Shown: piece after piece, positions 62,016-64,000 of the stretch
How the letters are laid out: every line of letters starts with the position of its first letter
How positions within the stretch are numbered: position 1 is the stretch's first letter
Assembly: GCA_963774265.1 (NCBI GenBank)
Contig: CAVZDU010000002.1
Span: 704,001-768,000 of the forward strand
Length of the DNA stretch: 64,000 bases
DNA from: an uncultured Chloroflexia bacterium
GTDB lineage: Bacteria > Chloroflexota > Anaerolineae > CG2-30-64-16
Reading direction: 5' to 3'
Notes under the pieces: generated by a model
What the model was told of the DNA's origin: nothing
Database searches by the model: none
The model's input: the letters and a program-made list of their open reading frames with translations, nothing else
Position numbers and translations under genes: made by a program

Positions 62016-64000
62016 ATGCCGGACCAAGCGCCACGCTACGAAGTCTTCCTGTCGCACAACAGCGCCGATAAAGCGGCCGTTGAGGACATCGCGCGCCGGC
62101 TGATCGCGGCTGGCCTCCAGCCTTTTCTGGACCAGTGGCACCTGATCCCTGGCCAGCCGTGGATGGAAAGTGTAGAGAACGCACTGGCGGATAGCGCGAG
62201 CGTAGCCATCTTCGTTGGACCGTCGGGGATCAGCCCGTGGCACAACGAGGAGATGCGCGCGGCGCTCGATGAAGCGGTCCGCACGCGCGACGACTATCGG
62301 GTGATTCCTGTGCTCCTGCCCGGCGCTGACGAGACTGCGGTGGCACGTTTCCTGGCGCGACGGACATGGGTGGATTTCCGCGCCGGGCTCGACGACACCG
62401 AAGCCTTTCAACGCCTGGTCGCGGGCATCCAGGGCCAGGCTATTGACATCGGCCAATACCGGCTGCCCGATGAGCCGGCACCCTACCGCGGCCTGCTCCC
62501 CTTTGAGGCAGAGCACGCCCGCTTCTTCTTCGGCCGCGACGCTGATATTGCGAGACTGATAGAGAAGCTAGGGCGGCAGTCCTTCGTTGCTGTCGTAGGT
62601 GCGTCGGGCAGCGGCAAATCCTCCCTGGTCAAAGCTGGTCTGTTGCCCAGACTGAAAGCCAACGCCTTGACCGACAGTGGACGCTGGCATGTATTGACGA
62701 TGACTCCAGGCAGCCAGCCGCTCCCGCGCGTTGGCCGGTCAGCTTGCCACCTTCGTGCCCCCGCTCGACCGGCCGGACGCGGCCGACAAACTGGCCAGCC
62801 GCCTGGCCGAGCGGACAGACGGCTTGCGCACAACCCTGACCGCCTTGCTGGCCGATAAGCCGCGCCCTGCCCTGCTCTTCGTGGACCAGTTCGAGGAGCT
62901 TTTCACCCTCTGCCGCGGACGGGCCGGAGCACTGCCGAATGGCGGCCGAGCAGTTCATCGCCAACCTGGCCGATGCCGCGGAGCGGGGCGACGGCCAGAT
63001 TCGAGTCGTCCTCACCCTCCGCGCCGATTTCCTCGACCGCTGCCTGGCCTACCCTGACCTGCGTAAGTTGTTGGAAGATCGCCAACTGCTGCTGGGTCCC
63101 CTGGCCCAAGCCGATCTGCGCGACGCCATCGTGCGTCCCGCCCAACAGGTCGGCGCGTTCCTGGAAAAGGGCCTGGTCAATGCCATCCTGGCTGACGTCG
63201 GCGACGAGCCGGGCAACCTGCCACTGGTGCAGCACGCCCTCCACGAGCTGTGGCTGGCCCGCCGCGGCCCGTGGCTGACCCTGGACGCCTACGAGGCCAG
63301 CGGCGGCGTGGCGGGGGCGCTCGGTCGCCGCGCTCAGGCCACCTACGATGCCCTGCCACCAGAACAGCAGATCATCGCGCGCAACATCCTCCTGCGCCTT
63401 GCCACGCTAGGCGAAGGAGTCAGCGACACCCGGCGGCGGGCCGAGCGCGCGGAACTCTACCCGGTTGGCGTCGATCCGGCGCAGGTCAATGCCGTCATCC
63501 AAGCACTCTCGGGGCCGGACGCGCGCCTGCTTGTGACCGATGAAGACACCGTTGACATGGCCCACGAGGCGCTGATCCAGGGGTGGAGCGCCTTACGCGG
63601 CTGGCTCGAGGCGAGTCGTGAAGCGTTGCGCACGCAGCACCGGCTGACGGAGGCGGCCAACGAGTGGGGACGCGATCGAGACGAAAGCTACCTCTACCGT
63701 GGCGTACGGTTGGCAGAGATTGAGGAATGGGCCGCAGTGCACGGCCGCGGGATGAACGCGCTGGAAGCGGAATTTGTCCGGATAAGCGTTGCGATGCGTG
63801 ATCGCGAAGCCCTGCGTGAAGATGAACGTCGGCGACGCGAATTGGAGCAGGCGCAAGCCCTGGCCCGTGAGCAACAGCAACGGGCAGAGGCCCAGAAAGC
63901 TTCAGCGATACGCCTGCGCCAGCGCGCCTTGCTGGCGGGCATGATCGGCTTAGTCGCATTGGTCTTTGCGTTCTTTGCGATCAGATTTGGTCTGCAGGCG
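62016..64000 (+). CDS. TIR + nSTAND1 NTPase NLR-like protein; frameshifts near 62730 and 62930; runs off window
   Basis: YEVFLSHNSADK TIR, PYRGLLPF..FFGR, VVGASGSGKSS, FVDQFEELFT, LTLRADF, LPLVQHAL, AHEALI..W, hydrophobic helix at the window end. Confidence 0.9.

Overview
GC-rich bacterial window. Gene content and style suggest Chloroflexota/Anaerolineae (inference). Several genes carry indels that look like long-read or polishing errors. 1-9.4 kb: catabolic locus with a non-pyrrolysine MttB-family methyltransferase, sugar ABC transporter, TIM-barrel epimerase, LarA-family racemase, divergent GntR and URO-D-like protein. 9.6-22.5 kb: defence island built on a type I R-M operon (hsdM-hsdS-...-hsdR-M48 peptidase-membrane protein). 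Two TIR-like/DUF4062 fusion genes sit between hsdS and hsdR. It also holds an opposite-strand gene inside a split palindrome, in-frame REP-like repeats, IS remnants and a PIN-type TA pair. 22.5-53 kb: three STAND-type regulators with neighbouring genes, a PQQ beta-propeller protein, a large unknown membrane protein, an integrase-less phage/ICE-like repressor-replication module, an MNT/HEPN TA pair and assorted enzymes. 53-61 kb: unrelated single genes separated by decayed attC-like sites (CALIN-like array), with an IS630 inserted in one attC. 61-64 kb: a small TIR plus helical-domain protein followed by a TIR-nSTAND1 NLR-like protein that runs off the window. All family calls come from reading motifs by eye; no searches were run.
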